In this document: in pieces, positions 39,694-53,133 of the stretch
Layout: every line of letters begins with the position of its first letter
How positions within the stretch are numbered: the stretch's first letter is position 1
NCBI GenBank assembly: GCA_043228905.1
Contig: JBHGNT010000021.1
Coordinates: 4,278,001 to 4,342,000 of the forward strand
Origin: Azolla caroliniana
Lineage: Eukaryota > Plantae > Polypodiophyta
Direction: 5' to 3'
Length of the DNA: 64,000 bases
Notes under the pieces: generated by a model
Database searches by the model: none
What the model was told of the DNA's origin: nothing
What the model saw: only the letters and a program-made list of their open reading frames with translations
Program-made: the position numbers and the translations under genes

Positions 39694-40200
39694 TTTAGCG
39701 CATGCCCTTATCTTTTGCTCCATAATAGTGTTATATAATTTAGCAATAGTTGAGCTCACCATTATTGCACGATAATTTGATACTTGATTCTTATCTCCGA
39801 CATTAAATATTGGTTTAATCCAATTCATCTCTATAATTGTCATTATCCAATCACGAGTATGTGGCCTTATCCATTTTAAAAGCTCACTTGAAACGTAGGT
39901 TACATCTGTTGCTTTCCCACTCGCCATCTTCTTTATTCCCTTATTGACATCATCAATATTGATACATGTATTGTATGGTGTTTCAATGTTCTCAACCATA
40001 AGAGCCACACCTTCATGCATATATAGCCTCTGTACATATTCTCGCATGTCTTCATTTGTAAAGTGACCTTTCACATCTTCTTTCTTACCCTTGAGTTGTC
40101 CCCATGCTAATTTTGGTTTGAGCTTAGTGCAAGGGAGAGAGGTAACCAAGAAATCCATGTTCATTGAGAAATGCATGGCATGTAAACCTTTTATGCGAAT
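39694..40200 (-). mobile_element. Same LINE ORF2, upstream part, separated by element G
   Basis: IKPIFNVGDKNQVSNYRAIMVSSTIAKLY. Joins across the GTACT TSD to KSTSKRALGQAGF. Confidence 0.88.
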
Positions 40201-42740
40201 TCATAATATTAGAAATGTAAGGTTTCACTCCATATGTGACCCTTGAGAACTACTTTCACCTACTTTTCTCTATATTTGTGAAAGACGTTGTTCTTGGAAT
40301 CAAATGTACTCAATGTCATCAATATAAGCCCTATGACGCTCAAGATGCATTTATCTTTTTTTTAGGTCTCACAAAAAATTTCCAAGATGCTAGTGTCATG
40401 ATATGATGGTACGAGACTTAGCACATTGGACTACTTTCAAGACTGGATTCACATGTACTATTTCACGTGTACTATGAGCAAAAAATAGTTAATGGAGTGT
40501 ATTGCTTACGTCTCCATATGGCGAAGAAAAAGTAAGGTGAACAAAAAGAAGTGATTATAAGTAAGGGCTCTTAATACTAGGAGGCAATTTAAAAAGCTAA
40601 CATGAAAATTGGATAACAACTGATTTGACAATGTGAAGTTAGTCATCCATAAAATAGGACATGGCCACAATGCACATGGCAAAAAAGTACTTTCTCGATG
40701 CCTTTTCATGTGACTTCAAGAACCAAGTATTTATGAGTAGAGGCTCTCACAAGGCCATGTAAAAGTTAGCAAGAAGAACAGATAACCATTGATGTGAAAT
40801 GTGACTTCTACATCCAACAATAAGACGTGGCCATGTGGTAAATAAGTACATGTTTCATTGACATCAAGAACAAAAATTGTAAAACAATTGGTTTTCTTGT
40901 GGCATCATCTTGATTCTTAACAAAACGAAAGGTAAATTTTTGTGTAATATCCTTCTTTTCATTCATTTTAGGAACCTCGGGGTTAAATGGTGACAATGCG
41001 TAGGGGATACTCTTCCAGAGTTTTGTGATTCATCTTATGTTAATGGCATGAGACTGTTTCAAAATCCGTACTTGTGACCAACACAGAATTGACCTAGCAT
41101 GGATAGGTTTAAAATTGTCTCTTCAAGGTCATTGATGTTTGACAATGGCAATGTTGTGCTTTATTGTTGCTTGATGTCATATACAAATGATATTTAAAGT
41201 TCCATTGGTTCTATCCAATGCAACAAAATTTGTGTACGGTACTCGCTCAACTATTTTAGTAACTAGGGAAGGTGTAGAGTTATCCAGTATTAGAAATATA
41301 TCACACGTTGAACCAACATGACATAGGCAATGTTGACATCATGTTTGAGGTTCTTACATGGATATGTTTGGTAATACACATTATATCCTCGAGATTTGAT
41401 GTGAAATAGTGTATTTTGATGATTCAATGAACGTAAACTTCGTATGTAAGTCGTATTAAATGCAGCTATTTTAGAACTCAAAGTTCAAATTCTATATTTA
41501 GTTTTGGATTGAGAACAAAGTGCTTTGGGAGTTATGAACTAGTATCTCCAAACTCCATTGAGCTCCCTCATTAAGGATAAACTGACTATAAGACAAACTT
41601 ACTCTTTAGAAGATGATTGATTTGCATGTTGTTTTCCTTGGCAAAATTGACCTGATCATTATGATAAGTTATAATCCCCTGAAAGAAGTTAAAGGGCCAT
41701 GCCATTTGCCTACCCTCCTAATGCAAAACTAGCTCATTTATTACCTATAAATACCAACATAACATTATGCATAGTAATTTGTCCAATCAAATACATTACC
41801 TACTACTCATTACACAAAATTACCTAATGTTAGCTAGCCCTAGTTAAGTTGGCCTATCAATCACATTACTAGTCTCGTCACCAACCTTCATCAATGGTAC
41901 TATCTTTTGTCCGTCAATCATTTTCACGTCCACATTAACTACATCTCTATTCCAAAACCTAGTTACATTGGTCAAAAATTGCATGAAACTATTGGGCTTG
42001 TGATATCTTTTTCTTTCTTTTTTCCAAAAATAAAACACTACTTCACATTAGTTAGCAAAAAGTGATATCATATTATTATGTCAATAACCAAAACCTTCCT
42101 TGTCTTCCTTCCTTGACCACAAATTACAATAGAGGCCACTTCAATAATCTTGATTCCTAGAAAAAAAAAATTACTTAGCAAATTAAAAAGATATTACCTA
42201 TGTTAACATAGTTAATCCTCTTATTGAACTTGCAACTAAACCAATGTGGTGGTTTAATCTTATTAAATCATCGTCAATACAAATTCATAATTGCTTTAGC
42301 ATTTATAAGTTTGGTCTATAAGTATTGTAACATCATCTTGCACAAAAAATGCCTTTAAACCTTTAGACTAACAAAATGTGCCCACATGAGTGAGGATTTT
42401 TCAAAACAATTCAACCAAGGAAGAGTGAGCTAAACGAATCCAAAAAACATGTTAAGTGGTGGAAAATAACTCATTTTGGAATTAAGCTATTTCGCATTGA
42501 CAAACATTCTATGTAAGAACATTTCTTGCATGTCGATTTTGGTATGGTTGTTTCATACAAGTTCTATGCTAAAATTTCGTGTTTGAATGAAAGAATTACA
42601 TTTCATATGAAAGACATTTTGATGTTACATCTATTAGAAATTACGGATTGACCAAGACATACCCTCTCAAGTGCCAAATTTGAACTTTTAAATAAACACT
42701 AACATATAGTTAGTAGTATAACTAAACCTCCTGAATCGAG

Positions 42741-43117
42741 AAGCATCATTAGCATACATGGGTATAACACATCAAGTTACAAGTAGACAAAGTGAGCGAT
42801 TATGAGAAGGGAGACAACAAATATTTGATTGTTAAGTCAAAGCATCATTGGCACACATGGGTATCACACACCATGCTAGGAGAAGACACAGTGAGATTAA
42901 GGGAAGATGAACAATATTTGATTGTTAAGTCAAAGCGTCATTAGCACACTTGGGTATGACACAACATGCTAGGAGAAGACACGATGAGAGTAAGGGAAAA
43001 CGAACTATATTTTATTGTTAAGTCAAAGCATCATTGGCACACATGGGTATCACACAACATGCTAGGAGAAGACTCGGCAAGATTAAGGGAAGACAAACAA
43101 TATTTGATTGTTAAGTA
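42741..43117. repeat. Minisatellite, four copies of a ~93-bp unit
   Basis: Unit AAGCATCATTGGCACACATGGGTATCACAC...ATATTTGATTGTTAAGTCA starts near 42741, 42840, 42933 and 43027. Confidence 0.9.
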
Positions 43118-43812
43118 GAACATGCTAAGCATAGATTGAAATTGAAATTAGGTAATATATTTAGTACTTCAACTCATTGAGAACTAGGTCATAACTGAGT
43201 TGTTTGTTTGGTATAAAGAGAACATGTATTCCTTCATCCTATCTTTATGGTTTATGCTCATCCATAATGATGGATTCAATCAATGAATCACTACGTTATA
43301 TACATCATGGGCACAAACATACGGGTATGCAGGTACTTTGATGGTTATGGTGTTGAAAGACAATATAAAGAGTGTGTATGCGACACACTCCAAGATATGG
43401 AACAAATCAGTTTACAAACAGTTGGCATAATTATCTCATCCATGGCTTAAATGATAATCATTTCGGTTCACTGCTCTACCCTCGGTAATTGTTCCATTGT
43501 TCCAATATCACCTCAACAGCTTGTCTATCAATTAATAATCTCTTCCACAAAAATGGAACCCGAGTGTTCACATTATTGTAAGAATACCTGAAGTTATAAC
43601 CAGCATTTGTTACCTTGGTCCTTTCACCTCCATTAGCTATAATTCTAACTTGAAAAACTAACTACCAAATTTAGTTAAAAATGACACTCATTAGTTAAAT
43701 CAATTGAAATCAGATGAAGCCAAATATCTTGTCTTCACATAAAAGTAAAATCCAAGTTCCAATGACAATCAAGAATTGCAGATACATATCCAACCAACAA
43801 GCCTAGCTAGCT

Positions 43813-46800
43813 TTAAATATGTTGTGAGCTAAAGATAGATGACCCATATGATCTGAAGGTTTGCAGCTCTCCAAATTGGCAAGCTCCTATATCAAATGGC
43901 TCGGATGAGCCCATGGTTTCAGAGCTTTGCCCATGTGGAGTACATGCAACTTGCATTAAATCTATAGTCGGTTTCACTTCCTCTGTCATGCCATTAACTT
44001 GTATTTCTCCACTATGAAGCATAGAATACAAATGAAGGCATTCCGAGGCCTCGGCACCATTCAAACTATGAGAAAAATGTGTTCCCACATTTTCCTTTCC
44101 TGTTGTATTAGAGCACCCACTTGAACCATCGTGTGAGGTTATGGCAGCTGAGAAAAGCTTATCATTTGCCCAACTGAATTGATGTGATGGTTGTCCTAAC
44201 AGTGGTTCGGCAATTGGAATATTTCTGACATTATTCTGCAAGTCATGATCTGATGACATTAGACTTGAAGTGGAATCTAAAGATTCTGCAACTGAGGTCT
44301 GAGCTGAGGACCAAAGTTGCATAGTTGACTGAAGAGAGAGAGCACACCCAGAAGAGTCTGAGACTCTTGTAAATCCATGACCAACAGGTATAGCCTCTAG
44401 TCCTCCAGACCCTGATGACATCAAAGATAAGCTTTGATGCATAAGAGGGCTCACTGATCCATAGTAATTTTCCTTTGAACCTATTGGCATTTCACTAGAA
44501 CCAGGATTCGTGCCTTTTGGACTTTGAGGGAGAAAATGGAATTGCCTTTCATTTTGGTGCTGAAGGCCAGCGAGAAATAGCTGCTCTATTCCCATGCCTG
44601 ATGCAGGCAAAGAGCAAGATGATGATGAGGATTGGTCCTCATATTTTATCATCCGTGGTGACCAGATTGCTTTCCTTTCACCATTCACACCATCACTATC
44701 ATCCCACAGAGCTGACATACCTTGCATTTTTGCATTAGGTGGAAAATATCTGTCTGAGAACAAACGACCGAACCTCCTATTGTCTGCATCATAAAACAAT
44801 ATACAGCAACAGGGATGAGACTAAACAAGAAGTCCAAACAAATTTGTACGATATATTTCCATCATCCATAAGTGCTTTTTCAGGATTTTTACCTTGAAAT
44901 GCAGGCAAAAACCTCGTATGCAAACCAAACGCATCAGGTTGAGGTTTGCGACGCCGTTCATTATGACCTGCAAGACGTCTTCGACAACTCCTCTTACCTT
45001 CATCGAACTCGATTAGGCCATGAAATCTGTTACAAATAACTATATTTTAAAGCATATCCAGATTCCCATTAAGACAATTCTACTCAAGTAAACAGCATCT
45101 GTTACAAATAGCTAGAAATTATAGAAGTTCTCCAATTTCCATACGCATGTTTCCCTCAAGCAGACAAAAACTTTGTCCTCATACAGACTGCAAATAACAG
45201 ATACATTGTACATTATTACACCAATATTGAAACTAATTATTGTAGCAAAAGCAAAAAATATGCACTTCTCTGCAATATGCCTGCTAGATCTTATATTCTT
45301 GCCGCTACAATTTTATTTTTACGGTACCATTATCTTCAGAGGTCTAAATTCATAGTCCCTTAACAGATATGTTTCTGAATGGCTCTACCATTATTTATTT
45401 ATCTAATATGAACAGAGAAGCTCGCTTGGTGACTGATGTAAATAATAAGAGAAACATTAATAAAATGAACATTTCTTTTCTAGCAATCATTTGTCTCAAG
45501 TCTAGGAAGTATACTCTGGCAGCTGTGTTCTAAAAGACTACATTTTCTCATCATACATGGAAAATCAGTAAGCAGGATTTTGCACACTTTACATGGATGA
45601 GCAAAGTTTAATTACATTCATTCTCTCCATAGTTATCACCTTGCTATCAATGCAATAGATCGATTATAGGTCTACCACATACTCCCTCCCACATTCAGTA
45701 AATTTTCCAGCAGAAACGCAATAAACTGCATCATACATAGGTAATTTGAAACTTTTAAGATGTGGTCTGTCCAAGGAATCTGACAACAAGAGGAGTTTGT
45801 AAAACCTGATCACAATAGCTAAGACTTTGATATGCAGCCGTCATCAGATTTTTGCTCCCATGTTGTAGTTATACCAGATAGAATTCACATCTTACCGTGA
45901 TTCTAAGCTGTTCTAAGGTAGTTAAACAACAAAATCTGCTAAACATAGCAGGAAAATACCCAAATTCTTTTCTTTCAGTTTAACCTGTTAAAGAGTTGCA
46001 GAAGTGCGACTCTTGACTCTTGAGCTTCCAGTTGGCAAATTCCCGAATATTGTCATTCTTAATATGCAGGTTGGCCTCAAGAAATTAAATTAGCATGAGT
46101 GCCAAATTGCATTGCAAGTTTTCATCAAGTGGGAAATGAATGGTTACAAAAATAAGCATCATTTTCTACATATGTTCTCTCCTGCCTCTTAGTATAACCC
46201 TTGATCTTTGAGAAGATAACTGTCATTTCTGAGAACTCTATATTGATGATACCAAGTAAAACCTCTGCATAAGAATTAAGATGTCGACAGCTGTTTTTCT
46301 TCAAGGAATGACATCACGATTGCAGATATGTGATCCTATAGCGGGTTATATTGCAGATTACACATGAGAGGACTTCTTTATGGGCTTTTACAAAGCATAT
46401 AATAGTAGATACAAATAAAATCCAAGAAGAACTCATATTATTTAGAAAGTTATTATTAGCAGACATTACAAACTCCTCAATCTATTCAGGTTGCTGGATT
46501 AAGATTTGGAATTCTGGTTACATATGCAATACTAATTGAGAATTGCAATGTAAAGTAACTACTGCACATAAAATAACATATAAATTGGTAAAATAATTTA
46601 AGATCGTCCAGTCAGAAAGGGCATTAATGTTGATTCTCATGGTTAACGTGATGAAATCTAAAGGAATGTACATTGTAGATACTAATAAAAAAGGGTGTGT
46701 ATTTAAAATGAGTCAATACATCTTGATTCTTAGCCTATACCTAATGACATTCATGCTACTTCCACATTAACTTCACTGTCTTAGGAGCTTCATCTGAACT

Positions 46801-48041
46801 ATTTCTGTATTTCTTTGTTCTTATCATAGATAATGAATGTTTCTGCAGAATTAAACAAATTTTCACTTCATTAATCAAAACCATAGTAACATCACAGATC
46901 TGAAGTACCATAACATAAGAAACTACATCTAACACCCCATCAAAGACTGATTGAAAAGACCATGCACAGTGTCCATATCCACTGGCATAAATATTTCTCT
47001 CTAATACACAGTAGAATATTCTTCTGACCTATCTTCAAGTTTCTGATCATCTATCTGAGTGCTAGGTAATGAATGAGATGCCACAGCAAATTCAATATAC
47101 TGATTAAACATTCATGAATACACTTCACACTCTCAAAAAAGAGGTCTAAAAGACTGTGTACTCTTTAATTCATAGAGCCATATCTAAATTCCACAGTTTA
47201 AAGATTTTTTAGATTATCTTTCATAATTCCAGTGATTGTCTGTCCGTACATTAGTTACTGCAAAACCCAGCGATTTGGCTAAAAATATTCATCAGCGACT
47301 GAATTCATATAATCACAAAAGCATATTGAAAACCAGAAGAAGAAAACAAACGGCATTCATACCATTCATCAAAGGCCAATAGTTGTATATAGGAAAAAAC
47401 AACAATTTCTTTTGTTATTTCCCAAATGCACCTAGTTCTTCATTATTCCCCATTTTCTCCTTTTGGGAGATGGGCTAACAACCATAACACTCAAGGAAAT
47501 AGTGGGAACTGAGGGGTATCTGGGGAATAAATTAAAGCAGCATCAGGGATATAGTGAGAACTGACCTACTACATTGTTGACAGAACCGTTGTTCTTGTCC
47601 AGAGACAATAACCATCGTCGATTTTGAATGCAAAGGACAAACTTTGTGTCGACGATGGTAATCCTTCACAGAGCTAAGATCAGTTTTACATCCTTCCACT
47701 TGGCATTTTGGATTTAATGTTGAATTCCGAGGTCTCTTCTGAGAAGAAGTTAACTTGTTGTTATTACACATTTGTCCTACATTGACATTGTTGGTCGATC
47801 CTCCTGCCGATCCAGGAACTTCAAAATATGTTCGTTTTCCTAGCTCTAATCCTATCATACTATCATTCGGATTGCTTTCTTTCTGGTTAATTATTCTTTG
47901 CACTGATTGATGTACACAATTGTTCTCTTTACTACTCTTCTCAGAGAGAGAAACTATTCCATCTACACTTTGCCACTGCGAATCAGAAGAGTTGATAGCT
48001 GCATTGCCCAGGAAGCTTAAGTTGTTTTGTCCCATCTGCAT
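43813..48041 (-). CDS. SPL: SQUAMOSA promoter-binding-like (SBP-box) transcription factor; coding exons ~48035/48041-47566, 45026-44893, 44783-43813
   Basis: SBP domain [28 protein letters not shown]...RFCQQCSR|[28 protein letters not shown] is split by the conserved intron. GT-AG boundaries keep the frame. Upstream [11 protein letters not shown] motif and ALSLQS microRNA-site peptide are present. The start codon is uncertain. Confidence 0.95.
44326..44345 (-). promoter_or_regulatory. miR156/miR529 target site in the last SPL exon (variant)
   Basis: mRNA sense GTGCTCTCTCTCTTCAGTCA versus the canonical GTGCTCTCTCTCTTCTGTCA. Confidence 0.88.
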
Positions 48042-49022
48042 ATATATAGATATAAACTCCTCGCTATTTCTACTCGGTTATAGTTCAGAACAAGCTTTTC
48101 TCTTCAGAGCACTGGATCGAACCTCATTATTTATACAGATCAATCTCTGTGTTGATTCGGTGTGAGGTAGGGGAAAGATCTGAATCTCGAAACGGTGTGG
48201 ATAGGAGTTAAGTATTATACTAAGTATCGACGAACACACGTAGATGGAGTTGAAAGGGAGCGACAGAACCACCGCTGAGAAGCTAGATTCAAGATATATA
48301 CGTAAAAGAAATCAAAAGAAAGAAATTTTAGGACTAAGAATGTAGCTTCTTCAAGTATGTATTAGTAAGGAATGTTTAAGAACATACAATACAGATCGAG
48401 TCGAATGGAAGAATGAACAACTTCCAGTCGAATTGAAAGAAAGAACTGTACGAAGAGCAAAGGCTCCAGAAAAATACATAGATCAAACCCAAAGGAAGAA
48501 ACTGAACGAGCGTATTTATACAGAAGGTCGACTTGTCAGGGAGGAACAAGAGTACTAAGAAGACATATTCAAGAAGATAATCGCATAGATCGATTTGAAC
48601 CGAACGAAATAATAATAATAATACAACAAAGAAGTCAGAAAATTAGGAAGATACATAAATCCAGAAGAAAGAAAGGTAGGGCCGCATTCATAAGAATGAA
48701 TGCTTCAAGAATATGCATAGATCAAGCTCAAATGAAGAAAAAAACTGTACTTAACATCATCAGAAGTACAGGATCGAGAAGATACCAAATAAATGGTTCT
48801 CAAAGGACGATCGATGACCACAATCATGGCAATTTCAAGGAAGATATAATAAGAATATGGATCGAGCGGAGATTAGGAAGAAAATTCATGGCTAGAAAAG
48901 ATTTTCTAAATAAGGAGGAGAAGAAGAGAGGATAAGGAAAGGTAAGCGCCATATATGCATGAATATATCATAAAATAAGTAAAGAGTAGATCTTTTAAGC
49001 AATGAGGGTAAAAGAGGGAACA

Positions 49023-49025
<3 letters not shown>

Positions 49026-49070
<45 letters not shown>

Positions 49071-49423
49071 ACTAATTAGATGAAGACAGAGAGAGGGTAC
49101 TGTGTAGAAGAAGTACTATAGTTTGCGCAGAGAGCTACAAAGGAAGTAATAGGAGGAGGAGGAGAAGAAGAAGAAGATGCTGATGATGATGATAAAGGGA
49201 AAAAGAGACACGAGAGACGGGCTCTGAGGGATAAAAGGAAAAAGAAAAAGCTCAGAAGGCTGCCATAGCCAGTACGCTCTGCGACACAACACAGCAACAC
49301 CATACCATCCTTCTGATCTTTACCATCTCTTTCTTTTCCTTTTGCCTTTATGCTGGCTGGAGAAGACGAAGACGAAGACGAAGAAGAAGAAGAAGAAGAA
49401 GAAGAAGCATCGGCAGCAGCAGA

Positions 49424-49464
<41 letters not shown>
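49026..49464. repeat. (GA)n and (GAA)n microsatellites in the probable SPL 5' UTR/promoter
   Basis: (GA) tracts at 49026-49068 and 49426-49464, (GAA) tract at 49380-49407. They read as CT-rich on the gene strand, typical of plant 5' leaders. Confidence 0.75.
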
Positions 49465-49470
<6 letters not shown>

Positions 49471-51412
49471 TCTCTGTGTGTCTGTGTCTGTTTGTCTGTG
49501 TCTGTGTCTGTGTTTTTCTCTGTGTCTTTCTCTGTGTCTTTGTTTTAGGGTTTTGTACAGGCGTCTTTTCTGTGTCCTCCTTTTAGGGTTTGTGCTTTAC
49601 CATTATGTACATACATACTTTACTTACTTAGCTGCTGGTAAAGAAAGATGCATCTTCATGCCATGCCATGCCATGGTTCCTTTGAGCTGAGCAGGAGGAG
49701 GATCACATGCCTCCAAATCCCGGGGGGGGGGGGGTGCCCGATCCTCGTCGTGTCCACACTCGGACAATTCATGCAAACCTTACAGAAGCTCGAACCCGCC
49801 GCCGATTGATGCCACCCGCCCCATTAAAAACTAGATTTCGGCACAGATCGTTGACCCCCCCCCCCCCCCCCCCCTTCGACTCCCATCCCAGGGATATGTG
49901 GCTTTTATAACTCCATGCCTGCCATCAAATTTGGAAGCATTATGTGTATCCCAATTATGGCGCAATCCTCGATAATAATAATAAAGATAAGATAAAAAAA
50001 AGTTATATCCGCCACTAATTCTCGGACCGTCCGTGGAAACTTGCGCAGAAATACCCCCCCCCCCCCCCCCCATTGTCTTGGCATAGGATAACAACGTGAT
50101 TCCTAAAACTTGTTTGAGTCACAAGAAAAATCCATCATTGAGCTCGAGAAAGCATGATGCACATGCATGTAGTAATCTAACACTCGTATCATGGTTGATC
50201 TTGAGGTTGTTACAATCGCAAAATTCTCGTTATATATGTATATAGACTCTATAATAACGCCGCATCTAACTTATTATTGTTGTTGCAAGGTGGGTTTTTG
50301 CTCAAATTAACTTCTAATAGTTATGTGACATTCACCCTCATTCCCCCACCCCAGTAACCCCAGTAAGTTCTAATTTTCATTACTCGATGCATATGGAAAT
50401 TATTAAATATCCCTTGTTTATCTCTTCTTTCTTTTTAAAAAAGTAGCATGTATATAAAAACAACGTGAGAATATTTAAAACTCTTGTTGTCCCTATCACA
50501 ACAGTGACGATCGTATGCTGCCAAGGAAACCCTCGAAGGTGTTGTAAGACTAGTTAGCATAAAGGCAATTCTGTTGCGGACAAGATGCCTGTAGAGCTCA
50601 TTACAAAAACCACTGAATCTCACACTCTCTCTCTCATATTGAACCTTTAGATTCCTCTTCTCTCTTTATTGGGCCCTTAAAACCTTAGATTGATTCCCTC
50701 TCATAAAAGTAATGTGTAATGAAAACAACATGCAAAACAAAACCCCATGGCTTACTCTACTATAGTAGCAAGGATCTTTATGGCAAAGTAAACCTTCTGA
50801 AGTGTTGACATAAAGGTAACTCCATCAAGGGCGACGTGCTATATGACCTCAATTAAGAGAGTGACTGAATATGTATATCAATCTCCCTTAAGCCCACTTA
50901 CATGCTACTGAATGGACATCATCAAACAACAACCCAATTCTCATATCCAATTGTACAAGATACACTAATACTTAACGTAGTCAAACACTATTGTGTACAA
51001 TACGAAGGGTAAAGCTTTAGATTCTTGAGCAAAACCCAATAAAAGAGGGGAGAATATTATCCCAAAGGAATGATATCTTGAATATGTGACATAACAACTT
51101 AAATGGCCTCAACAATTGTGAATATAGTGAAAGGGTGCATGGTAATAGGTATCCCCCTCGAGCATTGTATGAATAAAAGTTGTCACATTTTAAGTGTTTA
51201 TGCATTTTTAAGTCGTCACTAAAGGCAACTTACCCACCATTGTCCGACAAGAAACCCTTTCTTACTAGATTTAGACAAGATTGCCATCCAATGGCCTACT
51301 CTAGAAGTCATGGTTGGACGTCTTGGATATTGTGCCATGCAAATGATGCCTTCACCCAGAAAAAATAAAGTGTCAAATATGATCATGACTCATATCCAAG
51401 AGGTATGTTATG

Positions 51413-51466
<54 letters not shown>

Positions 51467-51727
51467 TATTTAGAGTTCATTGATGTTTTAGATTCCCACG
51501 TACATTTCAAATGTCACTCCCACATTTGTTTTTCATTCTCATCATAAGATTATCCAAGTAAACACGAGGATGGGATGGTGGTACCAAACTTGACAATGGG
51601 ATTGTGTACAAGATTATCCACGTAATCTCAATGATGGGATGATGATACTGGCACACCTCATAGAGGCTATATTTGCAGGATTCGTGGTGTCAATTTCCTA
51701 GTGAAAGATGTGAAACTTGTTCACAAC

Positions 51728-52177
51728 TAATAATCGGCAACGGTTCAGTTTGAACCGAACTGAACCCGTGAAACTGCGGCTTAACGGTTTAAACGGTTTG
51801 GTTCAGGTTCAGTTTTTTTTAACAGTTCGGTTCAGTTTCAACAGTTAAAACCGTGGTTTAAACGGTTATTTATTTATTATTATTTTTTAAAATTCAAAAA
51901 AATAAATGAAAAAAATTGTTTTTAAATAATCTTTTCATTTTCATGCCTTATTCTCACATTTTGGGAAAATTTTTAAAATTTAAATAATGAAATTTTAAAT
52001 TTTTAAATTTTGACCTAAGCTGAAAACCGAAACCGAACCAAGAAATTGCAGTTTTACTGGTTTAAGGGCTTAACGGTTTTGAATTTTTTTAATGGTTCAA
52101 TTTTAAGGTTTCGTGGTTCGGTTCAGTCCAGGTTTCAACATCTCAAAACGGATCAGTTTGGACCCTCTCGATTGTTA
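51728..52177. mobile_element. Non-autonomous hAT-type DNA transposon (MITE)
   Basis: 8-bp TSD TTCACAAC (51720-51727 / 52178-52185), TIRs TAATAATCG / CGATTGTTA, many AACCG/CGGTT subterminal motifs and an AT-rich core. Confidence 0.85.
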
Positions 52178-52963
52178 TTCACAACATATTTTAGAGAAAT
52201 ATTATGAGCTTGCTATGTCACTAACCTCTTCACAAGCTTACGAGCTTAACCCTACATCTCATCCATGATCTTGAATGTTAATGTTACTTTGACATATTTT
52301 AATGGTAGCAAGAGATTGAGACTAGAGCTATGCAATTATTAAAGTGTAGCTATCTACACCTTAGTTAGCAACTGTATATTATCTATGGAAGAATGATGGT
52401 TGATGTTTATCAACATTGTAATCTGTGAGTATATGTTGCTAGCATTAGGCTTGAAATGAAGAATAACGTAATCAATTCATTATCTCAATTGCTTCCTCTC
52501 CACACACAGAGAAGGCTAGAACATGGATAAATATACTACAATGAGCAATATCGATATACAAATAGAGTGAGTGTATGCACAACGCCCAACGTGTACATCT
52601 TCCACATTGTACATGAGGTTAAGACAAGGCACATATATTATCTTATATATATTTATTTAACAATTGCCTAAATATATTATAATATGTATAGCCCAAGGTC
52701 TAGAAAGCAGGGCATGCATTTTCTTGAATTTCTTTTTTATTTTCCATTCATAGTTTATGCATTCTTCGTATGATTATGATTTTTGTATTTTATAACTATT
52801 TCTTATTCAATGCTTGCATTGTGCATTGTGCATTATTGTCGATGACCTCTTGTTACTCCTATAAGTCGGGTTGCAAACACACAAACAATGGCACATATCG
52901 TTAAAAAGGTTCATTTTCTTTGTTCTGAATTCTCTTCTTGTTTGTTAAAATGCTTCAAAAGCA

Positions 52964-53133
52964 TATATGTGCATCTCTCTACATATTGATGACAATCAAA
53001 TGTATCAAATTCTATAACAAATCCCATATAATGAGGGATAGATAGTGTTATATGTGCATCTCTCTACATACTGATGACAATCAAATGTATCAAATACCAT
53101 AACAAATCCCATATAATGAGGCATAGATAGTGG
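52964..53133. repeat. Two-copy ~86-bp tandem duplication
   Basis: TATATGTGCATCTCTCTACATA...GATAGATAGTG is repeated. Confidence 0.85.

Noticed and set aside
40250-42700. Possible old TE or gene remnants downstream of SPL
   Set aside because: Only short ORFs and no motif I can assign with confidence.
48078-49303. Extra SPL coding exons or uORFs (48078-48272, 49076-49303)
   Set aside because: No similarity to SPL proteins. The region looks like a 5' UTR intron (possible donors near 49305 and 49323, acceptor just before 48035) and cannot be resolved without transcripts.
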